From Lentisphaeria bacterium (GTDB lineage Bacteria > Verrucomicrobiota > Lentisphaeria > Victivallales > Victivallaceae), in NCBI GenBank assembly GCA_017466125.1, contig JAFTUS010000117.1:6324-70323 (forward strand): a stretch of 64,000 nucleotides of DNA, in the 5' to 3' direction. Position numbers and translations under genes: made by a program. The notes under the pieces were generated by a model, which was given only the letters and a program-made list of their open reading frames with translations, searched no databases and was not told the DNA's origin. Positions 1 through 10,932 of this stretch are shown piece after piece (position 1 is the stretch's first letter; every line of letters starts with the position of its first letter).

Positions 1-1571
1 CTGATGCCCAGTCCCTCTTTGAGTTCCTTGCTGTATTCGCCTTTGTATTCGGGGTCGAAAACAATACAGGGAACCGGATTCAGGGAGTGGCTGGTCTTAC
101 GGCAGGGAACGCCGTCGGCATCCAGTTTCACATTGCCCTTCTTATCGTGTTCAAGCATATCATCGGCATTGCCGTGGTCGGCTGAAATGACCATGACACC
201 GCCCGCTTTTTCAATGGCCTCTTTGAGGCGGCCGAGCTGAAGGTCGAGAGCCTCCATGGAGACGCGGACAGCTTCCATACTGCCGGTGTGACCGACCATG
301 TCGCCGTTGGGGAAGTTGAGGCGGATCATCTGGTATTTGCCGCTTTCGATGGCTTCGATGACCTTGTCGGTGATTTCAGCGCACTTCATCCACGGACGTT
401 GTTCAAAGGGAACCACATCAGAGGGGATCTCCATGTATTCGTCATAAACGTCATCGAACTTGCCGGAACGGTTGCCGTTGAAGAAGTAGGTCACGTGACC
501 GTATTTCTGGGTTTCGCTGATGGCGAGCTGGTGGACTTTGGTCGCACAGAGATATTCATCCATGGTGCGGTCGATTTCGGGGGGATTGACCAGATAGAGT
601 TTGGGGGCGTGCAAGTCGCCGTCATACTCCATCATACCGGCGTACATCACTGCCGGACGGCGGCCGCGGTCGAACTGGGTGAAGTTGTCGTCTTCAAAAG
701 CGGCAGTGATCTCCAGAGAACGGTCGCCGCGGAAGTTGTAATAGATCACGGAGTCCTTGTCCTCAATGGCTCCGACGGGGGTCTTGCCGTCATCGGAGAT
801 GACAAAGGGCGGCAGATCCTGGTCGATCGCGCCGGTCTTTTCGCGGAGAGAAACGATCGCTTCATGGGCGGATTTGAACATGTCACCGTTGCCGTGGACA
901 TGGATCTCCCAGCCCTTGCGCACCATTTCCCAGTTGGCGTTGTAACGGTCCATGGTAATGACCATGCGGCCGCCGCCGGAAGCGATGCGGTAATCGACGC
1001 CGTCTTTATTGAGGTCGGCGAGAAATTCTTCAAAGGGATCGACATAATCCAGTGCGCTGGTTTCGGGAACGTCACGGCCATCGAGCAGAGCATGGATGCG
1101 GACTTTTTTGACCCCGGCGGCCTTGGCGTTTTCGATCATGGCTTTGAGGTGGCTGATGTTGCTGTGAACGTTGCCGTCAGAGAAGAGGCCGATGAAGTGC
1201 AGCGTGGAGTTGTTGTCAAGGGCGTTGGCAACAAGTTTTTTCCAGGTTTCGCCGTCGAAAAGTTTGCCGGAGGTAACGGCATCTTCGACAAGTTTCGCAC
1301 CTTGCGAGAAGACACGGCCGCAGCCGATGGCGTTGTGACCGACTTCACTGTTGCCCATGTCGGCATCGGAGGGCATACCCACGGCAGTACCGTGTGCTTT
1401 GAGCCGGGTCATGGGGCAGGTCTTCATCAGACCGTCCAGCACGGGGGTGTTGGAGATGAGAACGGCATCACCGTCAGCGTATTTGCCAAATCCGACACCG
1501 TCGAGGATCGCCAGCAGAACAGGGCCGCGGCGGGGGGTGAATTTTTCATTTCTGGTCAATGCTTCGAGCAT
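1..1571 (-). CDS. gpmI: 2,3-bisphosphoglycerate-independent phosphoglycerate mutase (3' end runs off the window)
   Basis: Not in the ORF track; translated by hand from ATG at 1571: MLEALTRNEKFTPRRGPVLLAILDGVG...AHGTAVGMPSDADMGNSEVGHNAIGCGR. MGNSEVGH is the iPGM phosphoserine motif. Confidence 0.95.
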   Translation of the reverse strand, partial: MLEALTRNEKFTPRRGPVLLAILDGVGFGKYADGDAVLISNTPVLDGLMKTCPMTRLKAHGTAVGMPSDADMGNSEVGHNAIGCGRVFSQGAKLVEDAVTSGKLFDGETWKKLVANALDNNSTLHFIGLFSDGNVHSNISHLKAMIENAKAAGVKKVRIHALLDGRDVPETSALDYVDPFEEFLADLNKDGVDYRIASGGGRMVITMDRYNANWEMVRKGWEIHVHGNGDMFKSAHEAIVSLREKTGAIDQDLPPFVISDDGKTPVGAIEDKDSVIYYNFRGDRSLEITAAFEDDNFTQFDRGRRPAVMYAGMMEYDGDLHAPKLYLVNPPEIDRTMDEYLCATKVHQLAISETQKYGHVTYFFNGNRSGKFDDVYDEYMEIPSDVVPFEQRPWMKCAEITDKVIEAIESGKYQMIRLNFPNGDMVGHTGSMEAVRVSMEALDLQLGRLKEAIEKAGGVMVISADHGNADDMLEHDKKGNVKLDADGVPCRKTSHSLNPVPCIVFDPEYKGEYSKELKEGLGI

Positions 1572-1588
1572 GATTTTATTCCTTATTT

Positions 1589-2380
1589 TCAATCATTATC
1601 ACCGGCGCCGATGACGCCGCGTTTACTGCTTTCACAAAATTCAACAAACTCCTGAACCACCGGGATCATGGGGAGTTCGGCTTTGATTTTTTCGAGGGCG
1701 GCTCTGGGAGCAAGACCGCCGCGGTAGAAGATTTTGAAAACCTGTTTGATGGCACTCTGTTCTTCAGCGGAGAAACCGTTGCGGCTCAAGCCGACCCGAT
1801 TGTAGGAGCGGGGGCCCATGTTGCGTCCCCAGCCGATCATGAAGGGCGGAATGTCTTTGGAGTAAACCGAACCGCCGGAGACCATGACGAAACGGCCGAC
1901 GCGGCAGAACTGGTGGATCGCCACACAGCCGGAGAGAATGGCGTTATCCATGACGATACAGTGTCCCGCCGTCATGGAACAGGTGACGTAGATCACGTTA
2001 TTGCCGACGGTGCAGTTATGGGCAACGTGGCTGGAATTCATAAACATACAGTGATTGCCGATCGTAGTGGCAGAACCCGGCTGTGCGCCGGTATGGATGG
2101 TACAACTCTGAAAGAACGTGTTGTCATCGCCCACATTGAGGTAAGTGGGTTCGCCCGGCACAACGGAGTGATCCTGAGCAGGACCGCCGAGAGAGGCGAA
2201 AGGGTGGAGGGTGTTGTTTTTTCCGAGCGTGGTATATCCGTCGATATTGCACTGGGCGATCAACTTTGTACCCGCACCGATTTTTACATTCGGACCGATG
2301 TAACAGAGAGGACCAACTTCAACGCTGTCGTCGAGAATTGCTCCGTCACAAACAACTGCTGTCGGATGAATTTTTGCCAT
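1589..2380 (-). CDS. lpxA: Acyl-ACP--UDP-N-acetylglucosamine O-acyltransferase
   Basis: IHPTAVV start, hexapeptide repeats, HVAHNC and IHQFCRVG motifs, C-terminal SKRG. Confidence 0.93.
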   Translation of the reverse strand: MAKIHPTAVVCDGAILDDSVEVGPLCYIGPNVKIGAGTKLIAQCNIDGYTTLGKNNTLHPFASLGGPAQDHSVVPGEPTYLNVGDDNTFFQSCTIHTGAQPGSATTIGNHCMFMNSSHVAHNCTVGNNVIYVTCSMTAGHCIVMDNAILSGCVAIHQFCRVGRFVMVSGGSVYSKDIPPFMIGWGRNMGPRSYNRVGLSRNGFSAEEQSAIKQVFKIFYRGGLAPRAALEKIKAELPMIPVVQEFVEFCESSKRGVIGAGDND

Positions 2381-2423
2381 AAGTCTTGCACTCCTTCCAT
2401 AAAAAAGATGTTGATATTATTAT

Positions 2424-2452
2424 AATATACCACTATTTTTGCATTCAGGCAA
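2424..2452 (-). promoter_or_regulatory. Sigma70-type promoter of lpxA-gpmI
   Basis: TTGCCT-N17-TATATT on the minus strand. Confidence 0.55.
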
Positions 2453-2491
2453 GTTTTCCGCTTGTAAAATTCGGGAAAAGATTTAAGTTAT

Positions 2492-2998
2492 ATGAAAGAT
2501 ATAACATTTTTCGAGGTAATTTTGGAAAAAATCTGTATTATTCTTGACCGCTTGCGCAGTGCGCACAATACGGGAAACATCTTCCGTATTGCCGAAGCTG
2601 TCGGCGCAAGCGAGATCATTGCCTGCGGCTACACCCCGGCCCCGCCGCATCCGAAACTGGCAAAAACCGCCATGGGGACGGATGAAATGGTTCCCTGCCG
2701 GGTGATGCCCGATGCGGCAACGGCGATCCGTACTCTGCGGGAAGAGGGATACAAAATGATCCTTGCTGCGGAGTATGCTCCGGGGAGTGTGTTTGCGTGG
2801 GAAAAAAAGTACGAATTCCCGCTGGCGATCGTTCTGGGGAACGAGGCGTTGGGGGTTTCGCCCGAAGCCCTTGACGCGGTGGATGGTCTGGTGTCGCTGC
2901 CCATGTTCGGTGAAAAGTGTTCGATCAACGTCGGCAATGCGGCGGCGGCGATCCTCTACGCTGTTATCGGAGTTTCACACTATGGAGTGGAAGTATGA
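2492..2998 (+). CDS. TrmH/SpoU family RNA methyltransferase
   Basis: HNTGNIFR, VLGNEALG and LPMFGEKCSINV SPOUT motifs. Confidence 0.9.
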   Translation: MKDITFFEVILEKICIILDRLRSAHNTGNIFRIAEAVGASEIIACGYTPAPPHPKLAKTAMGTDEMVPCRVMPDAATAIRTLREEGYKMILAAEYAPGSVFAWEKKYEFPLAIVLGNEALGVSPEALDAVDGLVSLPMFGEKCSINVGNAAAAILYAVIGVSHYGVEV

Positions 2999-3762
2999 AA
3001 ATAAAATTGACGGGAAAAAATTTGCAGGATATCCGTCCGCTGCTGAAAACGTTCAACCTTGAAGAGACGGACGGAATTCCAGATGTGGTGATCTCTCACG
3101 GGGGAGACGGTGCCATGCTGGGGGCGGTGCGGGAGTTTGCCGGATTGCCGGTCTTTCCCATCCGCGATGCCGGAACGGCTCCGCTGTGCGAAGAACATTT
3201 CTGCGCCGGACAACTTGCCGCTCTGCAAAAGGGAGAACTGAATAAAACGATCCTGAATATGGTCTCCGGCGAAGTCGGCGGCAAAGTGATTTACGGCGTC
3301 AACGATGTTTTTCTGCATCATGCCGACCCCTCATCCGCCCTCCGTTACCGGGTGTGGATCGACGGTGAACTTTATGCAAACGAAGTCGTCGGTGACGGCG
3401 TCGGGATCGCCAGTATCCACGGCAGCACCGCCTATTACAGAAGCATCACCCACAGTCTTTTCCGGGTCGGCATCGGTCTGGCATTCAGCAATTCGACCGA
3501 AGAGGTAAATCATCTGGTGCTGAATGAGAAATCGCAAATCACCATAGAGATCGTCCGCGGGCCGGGAGTGCTGGTCGCAGACAATTCCCCCGACCATATC
3601 GCAGTCAAAGAGGGCGATGTGGTCAAATTCCGTCAATCGGAAGTGACGGCGGAACTGTGGGGGCTGGATAACTTCATGTGTCCGAAATGCAGGGTACTGC
3701 GTCACCCGAACAAACTGCCTTTCAGAGGATTTTTCTCTGTGGATAAAGAAAACCGTAATTAA
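2995..3762 (+). CDS. nadK: NAD(+) kinase family protein
   Basis: GGDG, ND and GDG...GSTAY motifs; ATGA overlap with the upstream gene. Confidence 0.8.
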   Translation: MKIKLTGKNLQDIRPLLKTFNLEETDGIPDVVISHGGDGAMLGAVREFAGLPVFPIRDAGTAPLCEEHFCAGQLAALQKGELNKTILNMVSGEVGGKVIYGVNDVFLHHADPSSALRYRVWIDGELYANEVVGDGVGIASIHGSTAYYRSITHSLFRVGIGLAFSNSTEEVNHLVLNEKSQITIEIVRGPGVLVADNSPDHIAVKEGDVVKFRQSEVTAELWGLDNFMCPKCRVLRHPNKLPFRGFFSVDKENRN

Positions 3763-3785
3763 AAAAATCAAGTAAGGAGGAACAA

Positions 3786-4055
3786 ATGGTTACCGGTATC
3801 GTTCTTGTGAATGTGGAGCGCAGTATGCTTCAGGGAGTTATTGACGGATTGCGGAATATCAAAGGGATCGCAGAAGTCTACGCCGTTGCGGGGGAATATG
3901 ATCTCGTTTTGATGATCCGGGTCAAAGACAATGCGCAGCTTGCCGACATCATTGCCAATCAACTGACCCGTGACCGTGGAATTATCCACACCAAGACGCT
4001 GGTATCGTTAAAGGCCTATTCCGATCTTGATCTGGAAAAGGTTTTTCTCGGCTGA
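3786..4055 (+). CDS. Lrp/AsnC ligand-binding domain protein without HTH
   Basis: VYAVAGEYDL motif, 89 aa, SD AAGGAGG. Confidence 0.85.
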   Translation: MVTGIVLVNVERSMLQGVIDGLRNIKGIAEVYAVAGEYDLVLMIRVKDNAQLADIIANQLTRDRGIIHTKTLVSLKAYSDLDLEKVFLG

Positions 4056-4087
4056 CCTGCCGGATACACAGTCAATTTTTACCTTTT

Positions 4088-4144
4088 GGCTCTGCACAGA
4101 ACATAAACTGATGGAAAAAATCAGTTAACGTTTCGTACAGAGCC
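4088..4144. repeat. Long imperfect hairpin between convergent genes, possible terminator
   Basis: GGCTCTG...AACTGAT/ATCAGTT...CAGAGCC; no clear U tail. Confidence 0.4.
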
Positions 4145-4180
4145 TCTCAAAAAAGTGCTTTCGCCGCAGAGTTCCGTTTT

Positions 4181-4699
4181 TTATTCAGCGGCTTTGACGA
4201 ATTTGATGTTGCGCAGCCAGATGGAGGCTTCGGCAGCATCTTTTACGTTGAGTCCGATACGGACGACCCGGACTTTGGTCAAATCGAATTTCTGTTTCCG
4301 CAGATCGAAACGCACTTTTTTGAACTCTTTCCCCGGCGCAGGATACCAGAGTTGACCGATATTTTTCCAGTTCGGAGCCTGAAAGAGAATAAGGCAGTTG
4401 CGGAAACCGCGTTTTTCGGGATTGGTCTCCACTTTGATCTCAAATTCCAGAAAGTCCGCCTTTTTGTCTTCGGCAGAAAGAATAAGTCCGGGATATGCCC
4501 AGCGGTCTTTGACCGTATCCGCGTAGGAAATTTGAATATTCATGGCGTTATTCTCTTCATCCCAGTTGAACTCCATTTTCCCGCTGGAAGAAAAGTGTTT
4601 GACCCATGTTTCCGGCTTTCTGATATCTTCCAGAGCGTACAAATTCATTCCGGCACAGACGAGTACCAGCAGGACAAAAGTTTGTTTTACGATATTCAT
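4181..4699 (-). CDS. Secreted hypothetical protein, possibly CBM-like beta-sandwich
   Basis: Signal peptide, aromatic-rich beta strands, C-terminal IWLRNIKF; last gene of a GH operon. Confidence 0.6.
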   Translation of the reverse strand: MNIVKQTFVLLVLVCAGMNLYALEDIRKPETWVKHFSSSGKMEFNWDEENNAMNIQISYADTVKDRWAYPGLILSAEDKKADFLEFEIKVETNPEKRGFRNCLILFQAPNWKNIGQLWYPAPGKEFKKVRFDLRKQKFDLTKVRVVRIGLNVKDAAEASIWLRNIKFVKAAE

Positions 4700-4713
4700 T
4701 TTTTTCTCCTTGT

Positions 4714-7317
4714 TTATTTGTTGAGAGTTGAAATTTCAGTTTGTCTGCGTTTCAGCACATCACCGATGTCACTGCGGAAGACCAACCACCCTTCACGGCG
4801 GTCTTTATCGGAATCGTTGACGATAAAAGCGTACTGCACAGTGTCGTTTGCTTTCCATTTTCCGCCGTTCTCTTTGGGGAACTTTACGGTGTAACGGGTG
4901 ATATTTCCCTGACGGCTGACCTCGAAAAGCGGCTTGACCGGTTCTTTCCCGTTGCAGAAATAAACGGCTTTTCCGTTGCAGAGACCGAATTCATACAAGG
5001 TGCCGTTGAAGTACACTTGCAGCGAATCGCGCATCCACAATGCGCCCGGTTCTCTGCCGGTTTGCAGAATATCATCGGTCACATCGGCTTCCAGCACGAG
5101 AAACTCCGGAGTCCAGTAGAGTTTTGCCTCACAGGAGAGGTCGTCTTTGCCCTCCCACTCATAGAGAATATCCGAAGACGACACCACATCGGTACGCTTG
5201 TTGAGAATGACATTGGCTTTGCCGTTGACTTTCTGCCGGGAGGGAATGCTGTGCCAGACGATATCGGCTGTTTGCGTTTTCTGAACGCCCGCTGCCGAAA
5301 GTGTTGCCGTCAGGCGGACTTTTTCCGCTCCCGCCGCAGGGGTGAAGTAGACGTAAGTCGTTGTCATCGGCTTTGCCGCAAAAGGCATTTTCACACTCTT
5401 TTTGGCGGTTTGAAAATGGATTTCAGCCGAAATCGCCTCCGCCGTCGTATTACTGACGGCGGCACGCACCTTTCTGCGTCCCCACTGAAACGCCGGGGAA
5501 AGTTCAAATGCCAGCGGCACGGTCAGAGAGATCTCTTTTTTGTCGAACCCGATGATATTGCCTTTGGCATTTTCAAGCACCAGAAAGAGCCGTCCGGCAG
5601 CAAGGTCGGTGAGACTGCGGGGCATGATTTCAAAAGTGACCTTCTGCACTTTGCCGGGGGCGAGAGAGAGTTTCACATCGCCTGAAAGATTTTTCCAGTC
5701 TCCGGGCAGCTGTAATTTGAGTTTCCCTTCAAACTGCTGTTTCTGCGGATTATGCACGGTTGCAGTCACACAGAATTTCTGTCCGTAAACGGGAGTGGTT
5801 TTCAGCGGTTCAAAAGCGGCAGCACCTTTTCCCGGGACGGGAGTGACAATGTGGTTGCCCGCCTCAAGGCAGATGAAATCATTTGCCGGAACGAAACAGT
5901 ATCCATTCTGCGGAACAAGTTCAAAAGCCACCCCGTCGGCAGTCGTTGCTGTCAGCGGAACAGATGTTTTTACAGGGATCGTACTCTTTGGGGCATCGGT
6001 ATTCCAGCAGACGGCACTCTGTTTGCCGCTGCGCACCATGCGGACGGCTTTGAGCGGACCTGCGGAAATATTCTGAAAGTTATTGAAGCCGTTGAATTTG
6101 GCGTTGAGCGTATAGATGACCGGATAGAGGGGACTCGGCGCGCCGTTGTTATCCACCAGCACCACGTTTCCGAACTCCTCGACATGGGCGGGATTGGTCA
6201 TACGGATCGTCCAGAGAAAGAGGATCATTCTTTCCAGTCCGTTGGCAAACGACAGAGCCGCTTCCCGCGGGATGCGGTAGAGCCGTTCCCCGATGCCGCC
6301 GGAGAGTTCCGTATTCCAGAAAGGTTTTTTCCACTTCATCTCCGCGGCGATCTTCTGATGCGTTTCAAGCCCGGTATAGTGGAAATCGTAGATGTCGAAA
6401 TATTCACCGGCATTCTGTTTGCCCAACTCCCGCATAAAGGGGGCGGCGAGTTGGATCAAGCCTGTAACACCGCCGGGCAGGATGCGGATTTTTGCATTTT
6501 CTCTGCGCATGGGGGGAACGACCGTCTTGAGCATTTTGGCAAACTCCTTTGCCCCGCCTGTCCAATGGGATTCGGCATCGGATTCATTCCAGATGCTCCA
6601 ATAGGTCACTTGCGGATAACGGGCGACGGCGCGGCGGGCAAATTCCGCGAATGTATTGTAATCGGCGGGGTCGCCGCCGTAGCCGTTTTTCACCTTCACC
6701 GCCCAGGGGGGAGAGTAGAGTAAATTCCAGGTGATATCCAAGCCGTATTTTTGTGCGAGAGCGATACAGCGGTCATGCTGTTCCCAGTTCCACACGTCCT
6801 GTTTGGGCTGGACGGAACTCCACGGCATATCGGTACGCACCAGAGAAAAACCGGTGTTTTTCACGCCGGGGAAATCCCGTTCCCCGTTGTATCCCGGCAA
6901 ATGACAGTAGATGCCGAAACAGGATTTTTCGGGGTTCAATGGAACAACGGGCAGGAATTTGCCGATATTGACGGACTTCTGAAAGAGGATCTTCCCATTC
7001 TGCATAATGGAGTAGATCAAGCGGTAGCACCCCATTTTTTCTGCGGGAACGGTGAACTCCCTGACGATTTCCTGATTACCGGAAAGAGTGATTTCCCGAA
7101 CCTCCGGAACATCGCCGTTGCCGTAAAAGTCGCAAAAGCGCAAGACCTCCTGATATTTCCCGGAAAAAGTTCCGTTGTTTTGGAAACGCAGTTTCAGCGG
7201 CATCGGTTCCCTGTCGAACTGGAGATTGCCCCGGTGTTTTCCGGTACAGGAGAAGACCGGTTCGGCACAGACCGGAAAAACGCACGCAAAAAGCAGCAGC
7301 GGCAGCAGAAATTTCAT
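4714..7317 (-). CDS. Secreted clan GH-A glycoside hydrolase (GH39/GH5-like) with NEW3-like and C-terminal CBM9-like domains
   Basis: Signal peptide; IWNESD acid/base and WNTE nucleophile motifs; LQLPGDW..LAPG NEW3-like segment; DVTDD..W..DSLQVYF and VNDSD CBM9-like segment. Confidence 0.75.
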   Translation of the reverse strand: MKFLLPLLLFACVFPVCAEPVFSCTGKHRGNLQFDREPMPLKLRFQNNGTFSGKYQEVLRFCDFYGNGDVPEVREITLSGNQEIVREFTVPAEKMGCYRLIYSIMQNGKILFQKSVNIGKFLPVVPLNPEKSCFGIYCHLPGYNGERDFPGVKNTGFSLVRTDMPWSSVQPKQDVWNWEQHDRCIALAQKYGLDITWNLLYSPPWAVKVKNGYGGDPADYNTFAEFARRAVARYPQVTYWSIWNESDAESHWTGGAKEFAKMLKTVVPPMRRENAKIRILPGGVTGLIQLAAPFMRELGKQNAGEYFDIYDFHYTGLETHQKIAAEMKWKKPFWNTELSGGIGERLYRIPREAALSFANGLERMILFLWTIRMTNPAHVEEFGNVVLVDNNGAPSPLYPVIYTLNAKFNGFNNFQNISAGPLKAVRMVRSGKQSAVCWNTDAPKSTIPVKTSVPLTATTADGVAFELVPQNGYCFVPANDFICLEAGNHIVTPVPGKGAAAFEPLKTTPVYGQKFCVTATVHNPQKQQFEGKLKLQLPGDWKNLSGDVKLSLAPGKVQKVTFEIMPRSLTDLAAGRLFLVLENAKGNIIGFDKKEISLTVPLAFELSPAFQWGRRKVRAAVSNTTAEAISAEIHFQTAKKSVKMPFAAKPMTTTYVYFTPAAGAEKVRLTATLSAAGVQKTQTADIVWHSIPSRQKVNGKANVILNKRTDVVSSSDILYEWEGKDDLSCEAKLYWTPEFLVLEADVTDDILQTGREPGALWMRDSLQVYFNGTLYEFGLCNGKAVYFCNGKEPVKPLFEVSRQGNITRYTVKFPKENGGKWKANDTVQYAFIVNDSDKDRREGWLVFRSDIGDVLKRRQTEISTLNK

Positions 7318-7328
7318 CTTTCACACTC

Positions 7329-8024
7329 CTATTTCAGCGTCCAACTGGCTGTTTTGGAGACGCCGGACTCATAAACCTGATAATTGAGGATGTAGTGCCT
7401 GAAACTCCAGTTGGCGATCAATTCATTGTAGGTCAACTGCTCCACGTGTCCGTCAGCCAAAGCAAGGGTCGCGCAGTTGTGATCGATGGTGATGGCACCG
7501 GTGGGAGTAGCGATCCGGTCACGGGGATGATACCACTGCGGATAGCCGTCTTCTTTGGTGGGATCACTGTTTTTTTCGCCGCGCGTTTCCACAAAAAGGT
7601 GAACTTTACTGGCGGCTTTCATTTTTTTGAACGACATGGTTTTTCCCTGCACATCGTTGCGTTTGATTATAATGTTTCCGACGATCTCCTTGATTGCGGG
7701 CCACTCCCAGTACCAGGTATCGTTGGAGAAGAAGAACATCCCGACACTCCACTGACCGTTGCATTTGAGCGATTTTTCCGACATATATCCCTGATTGATA
7801 TACTTTGCCCGCCAGTGCCCGTTGGCATCCTGATCGGTAAAATGACCGTCATAATCCTCCTGATAGAGCAGAAGACTTGTCATGGTCTGCTTCAGATTGG
7901 ATGCACAATTGATCGCCTGTGCCTTCTGCCTCGCCTTGTTCAAGGCGGGCAGCAGCATGGCGGCGAGGATGGCAATAATGGCTATGACCACCAGCAATTC
8001 GATGAGCGTAAAGTGTTTTTTCAT
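7329..8024 (-). CDS. Prepilin-type N-terminal cleavage/methylation domain protein (DUF1559/H-X9-DG-like)
   Basis: [33 protein letters not shown]; C-terminal H..ADGHV. Confidence 0.92.
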   Translation of the reverse strand: MKKHFTLIELLVVIAIIAILAAMLLPALNKARQKAQAINCASNLKQTMTSLLLYQEDYDGHFTDQDANGHWRAKYINQGYMSEKSLKCNGQWSVGMFFFSNDTWYWEWPAIKEIVGNIIIKRNDVQGKTMSFKKMKAASKVHLFVETRGEKNSDPTKEDGYPQWYHPRDRIATPTGAITIDHNCATLALADGHVEQLTYNELIANWSFRHYILNYQVYESGVSKTASWTLK

Positions 8025-8039
8025 TTTGAGTCTCCTTTT

Positions 8040-9038
8040 TTATTTTTCGGGTGTATTGGTTACGGCGTTTGCCAATCTTTCGGCGATGGCGGAAAGTCTG
8101 GTATCAAGATAGAGAACGGGGAACGGACAGCAGTAGTCCAGTTCAACGTTTCTGTGCAGAACCAGCAGCAGGTCATCCGGCACTTTCAAGCCGGATTCAT
8201 AGACGGCATAAAGAACGCCCGGAACGAGGTTGTCCGGATAAGCGAGCAGGGCATCCGGTCTGGTTTTCCGGGAAAGAAGTTCTTTTGCCAAATTGTAGCC
8301 GATGGCGGTCCAGTCTTTGCCGAGGTACTCCTTTTCCTCCAGTTGACGGACTCTTGAAGGTGTGAAGTGAACTCCTGCATTCTGCAAACTTTCCAACAGA
8401 AATGATTGCGGCCCCGTCACCGGAACGATCGCCGCAGGGCGTTTCCGTTCCCGCAAGGGTGCGGCGAGACGCTCCCAGCCGCCTTCGGGAAAACGGTCTG
8501 CACTCATTGCTGCTTTTTTGACGGGCAGTGCAGAAAACCACTCTTTATCACAATTACGCACGAGAGTTCCGGCGATCGCCTGAACCTCTCCGGAAACGAT
8601 GGCGCGGCTCATCTCATCCGGCGGAACGGTATGTTCCGCTTCGGGGCGGACATCGTTCCAGATGACGTAACTGCACCCCATTTCCGTCAGACGGCGGCAG
8701 AGTTCCGCCTGAATAAACTGAAAAGAGACTTCCTGACGGGGATCGGAGTTCAGACAGGAGTTGTAAATGCCGATACAGCGGATCTTCTCTCTCGCGGGAC
8801 TGACAAATACGCCCCTGCCGTGCTGTTTGGTCAGGAACCCCAGTTCGGTCAGTTCATCCATTGCCAGATTGACCGAAAAAGAGTTGGTGTTCCAGAGTTC
8901 CGCCAGTTTGCGCAGAGAAGGCAGTTTTTCGCCGGGAAGGAGTTTGCCGGAAACGATCTTTTTCCGGATGAATTCAGCGATCTCCCGCTGGATGCTCCCT
9001 GTGCCGTTACGCTTAAAATCGGTAAATTCGTTCAGCAT
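8040..9038 (-). CDS. GntR-HTH transcriptional regulator with LacI-like sugar-binding C-terminus
   Basis: PGEKLPSLRKLA...HGRGVFV; RPDALL..GLKVPDDL. Confidence 0.88.
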   Translation of the reverse strand: MLNEFTDFKRNGTGSIQREIAEFIRKKIVSGKLLPGEKLPSLRKLAELWNTNSFSVNLAMDELTELGFLTKQHGRGVFVSPAREKIRCIGIYNSCLNSDPRQEVSFQFIQAELCRRLTEMGCSYVIWNDVRPEAEHTVPPDEMSRAIVSGEVQAIAGTLVRNCDKEWFSALPVKKAAMSADRFPEGGWERLAAPLRERKRPAAIVPVTGPQSFLLESLQNAGVHFTPSRVRQLEEKEYLGKDWTAIGYNLAKELLSRKTRPDALLAYPDNLVPGVLYAVYESGLKVPDDLLLVLHRNVELDYCCPFPVLYLDTRLSAIAERLANAVTNTPEK

Positions 9039-9063
9039 ACACGCTCCTTGTTTTTTCTAAAAT

Positions 9064-9092
9064 ACAATATCACAGTTATAACAGTTTGTCAA
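9064..9092 (-). promoter_or_regulatory. Promoter of the GntR cassette with a palindromic operator candidate in the spacer
   Basis: TTGACA-N17-TATTGT; the spacer holds ACAGTTATAACAGT (9072-9085) with core palindrome GTTATAAC. Confidence 0.6.
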
Positions 9093-9141
9093 GAAAAAAG
9101 CAAAAAAAATGTAAAAAAAATTTTTGTTGCCCGTTCCGGAC

Positions 9142-9170
9142 TTGATAAAATGACGTTTCCGGTGTATCTT
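9142..9170 (+). promoter_or_regulatory. Sigma70-type promoter of pfp
   Basis: TTGATA-N17-TATCTT. Confidence 0.55.
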
Positions 9171-9213
9171 ATAGCACGACACATTATTTAATTTAAATAA
9201 AAGGATCAAAATC

Positions 9214-10863
9214 ATGAACGAAATCTCTCCTTTGCAGAAGGCGCGTGCCGCCTATGCCCCGAAACTTCCCGTCGCCCTGCGCAACGGTGCCGCCGTCAAA
9301 GTGACCGAAGGTGCCCCCACCACCGCCGTGGCCGATGTCGAAAAGATCAAAGCCATCTTTGAAACCACTTTCGGCAGCCCCGTGCTGACCTTTGAAGCCG
9401 GTGAAGCCAAAACCATGCCCGCAATCACTGCCGGTGTGATCCTCTCCGGCGGTCAGGCCCCCGGCGGTCACAACGTCATCGCCGGTCTGTATGACGGTCT
9501 CAAATCCCTCAACTCCGCCAACCGCCTGATCGGTTTCCTCAAAGGACCCGACGGCCTGATCAAAAATCAGTACATGGAACTCACCGATGAGATCATCGAC
9601 GCCTACCGCAACACCGGCGGTTTCGATATGATCGCCTCCGGCCGTACCAAACTGGAAACGGTCGAACACTTCCAGGCCGCCTACTCCAACTGCAAGGCTC
9701 TCGGCATCACCGCTCTGGTCATCATCGGCGGTGACGACTCCAACACCAACGCCTGTATGCTGGCGGAATACTTCAAGAAAAACAACCTCGGCATTCAGGT
9801 CACCGGCTGCCCCAAAACCATCGATGGCGACCTCAAGAATGAGTGGATCGAAACCTCCTTCGGCTTCGATACCGCCTGCCGTGTTTACAGTGAACTTATC
9901 GGCAACATCGAACGTGATGCCAACTCCGCCAAGAAATACTGGCACTTCGTCAAGGTGATGGGCCGCTCCGCTTCTCACATCGCTCTGGAATGTGCCTTGC
10001 AGACCCACCCCAACTTCGCCATCGTTTCCGAAGAAGTCGCCGAAAAGAAAATGACCCTCGACCAGATCGTGACCGATCTTGCCAATATCGTTGCCTCCCG
10101 TGCCGCTGACGGCAACAACTTCGGCGTGGGCATCATCCCCGAAGGTCTGGTGGAATTCATCCCCGAAATCAAAGTGCTGATCGCTGAACTCAACGACCTG
10201 CTCGCCGCCAATGCCGCCAAGGTCGAAGATATGGACAAGGCTGAAAAACCCGCTTTCGCCGCTGCCAATCTGACTGCCGAATCCGCCAAGGTGTTCGCCT
10301 CCCTGCCCCAGGGCATCCAGATCCAGCTCTGCAACGACCGTGATCCCCACGGTAACGTTCAGGTTTCTCTCATCGAAACCGAAAAAATGCTCGCCGAAAT
10401 GGTCGGAACCAAACTCAAAGCCATGAAAGCCGACGGCAAGTACAACGGCAAATTCGCCGCTCAGGTCCACTTCTTCGGTTATGAAGGCCGCTGCGCCGCT
10501 CCCTCCAACTACGATGCCGACTACTGTTACAGCCTCGGTTACAACGCCGCCGCTCTGATCGGCGCGGGCAAGACCGGCTATATGTCCAGTGTCCGCAACA
10601 CCACCAAGCCCGCTGACCAGTGGATCGCCGGCGGTATTCCGATCACCATGATGATGAATATCGAACGCCGTCACGGTGAAGACAAACCCGTGATCCGCAA
10701 GGCTCTCGTTGAACTCGAAGGCGCGCCCTTCAAGTTCTTCGCCGCCAACCGTGCGGACTGGGCGGTCAAGACGGCCTACGTCTATCCCGGCCCCATCCAG
10801 TACTTCGGCCCCTCTGAAGTCTGCGACCTCGTCACCAAGACGCTGGAACTGGAACAGAAGTAA
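9214..10863 (+). CDS. pfp: Pyrophosphate-dependent phosphofructokinase
   Basis: [12 protein letters not shown] (PPi-type), PKTIDGD, MGR and GYEGRC motifs; strong codon bias. Confidence 0.96.
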   Translation: MNEISPLQKARAAYAPKLPVALRNGAAVKVTEGAPTTAVADVEKIKAIFETTFGSPVLTFEAGEAKTMPAITAGVILSGGQAPGGHNVIAGLYDGLKSLNSANRLIGFLKGPDGLIKNQYMELTDEIIDAYRNTGGFDMIASGRTKLETVEHFQAAYSNCKALGITALVIIGGDDSNTNACMLAEYFKKNNLGIQVTGCPKTIDGDLKNEWIETSFGFDTACRVYSELIGNIERDANSAKKYWHFVKVMGRSASHIALECALQTHPNFAIVSEEVAEKKMTLDQIVTDLANIVASRAADGNNFGVGIIPEGLVEFIPEIKVLIAELNDLLAANAAKVEDMDKAEKPAFAAANLTAESAKVFASLPQGIQIQLCNDRDPHGNVQVSLIETEKMLAEMVGTKLKAMKADGKYNGKFAAQVHFFGYEGRCAAPSNYDADYCYSLGYNAAALIGAGKTGYMSSVRNTTKPADQWIAGGIPITMMMNIERRHGEDKPVIRKALVELEGAPFKFFAANRADWAVKTAYVYPGPIQYFGPSEVCDLVTKTLELEQK

Positions 10864-10932
10864 GTTATAAAATTCAACTGACAGGAGGGGAGGTTCGCGC
10901 CTCCTCTCTTGCCGTAACAGGAAATCACAACC

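Noticed and set aside
288-1655. 455-aa plus-strand ORF
   Set aside because: It is the antisense shadow of gpmI, which has clear motifs on the minus strand.
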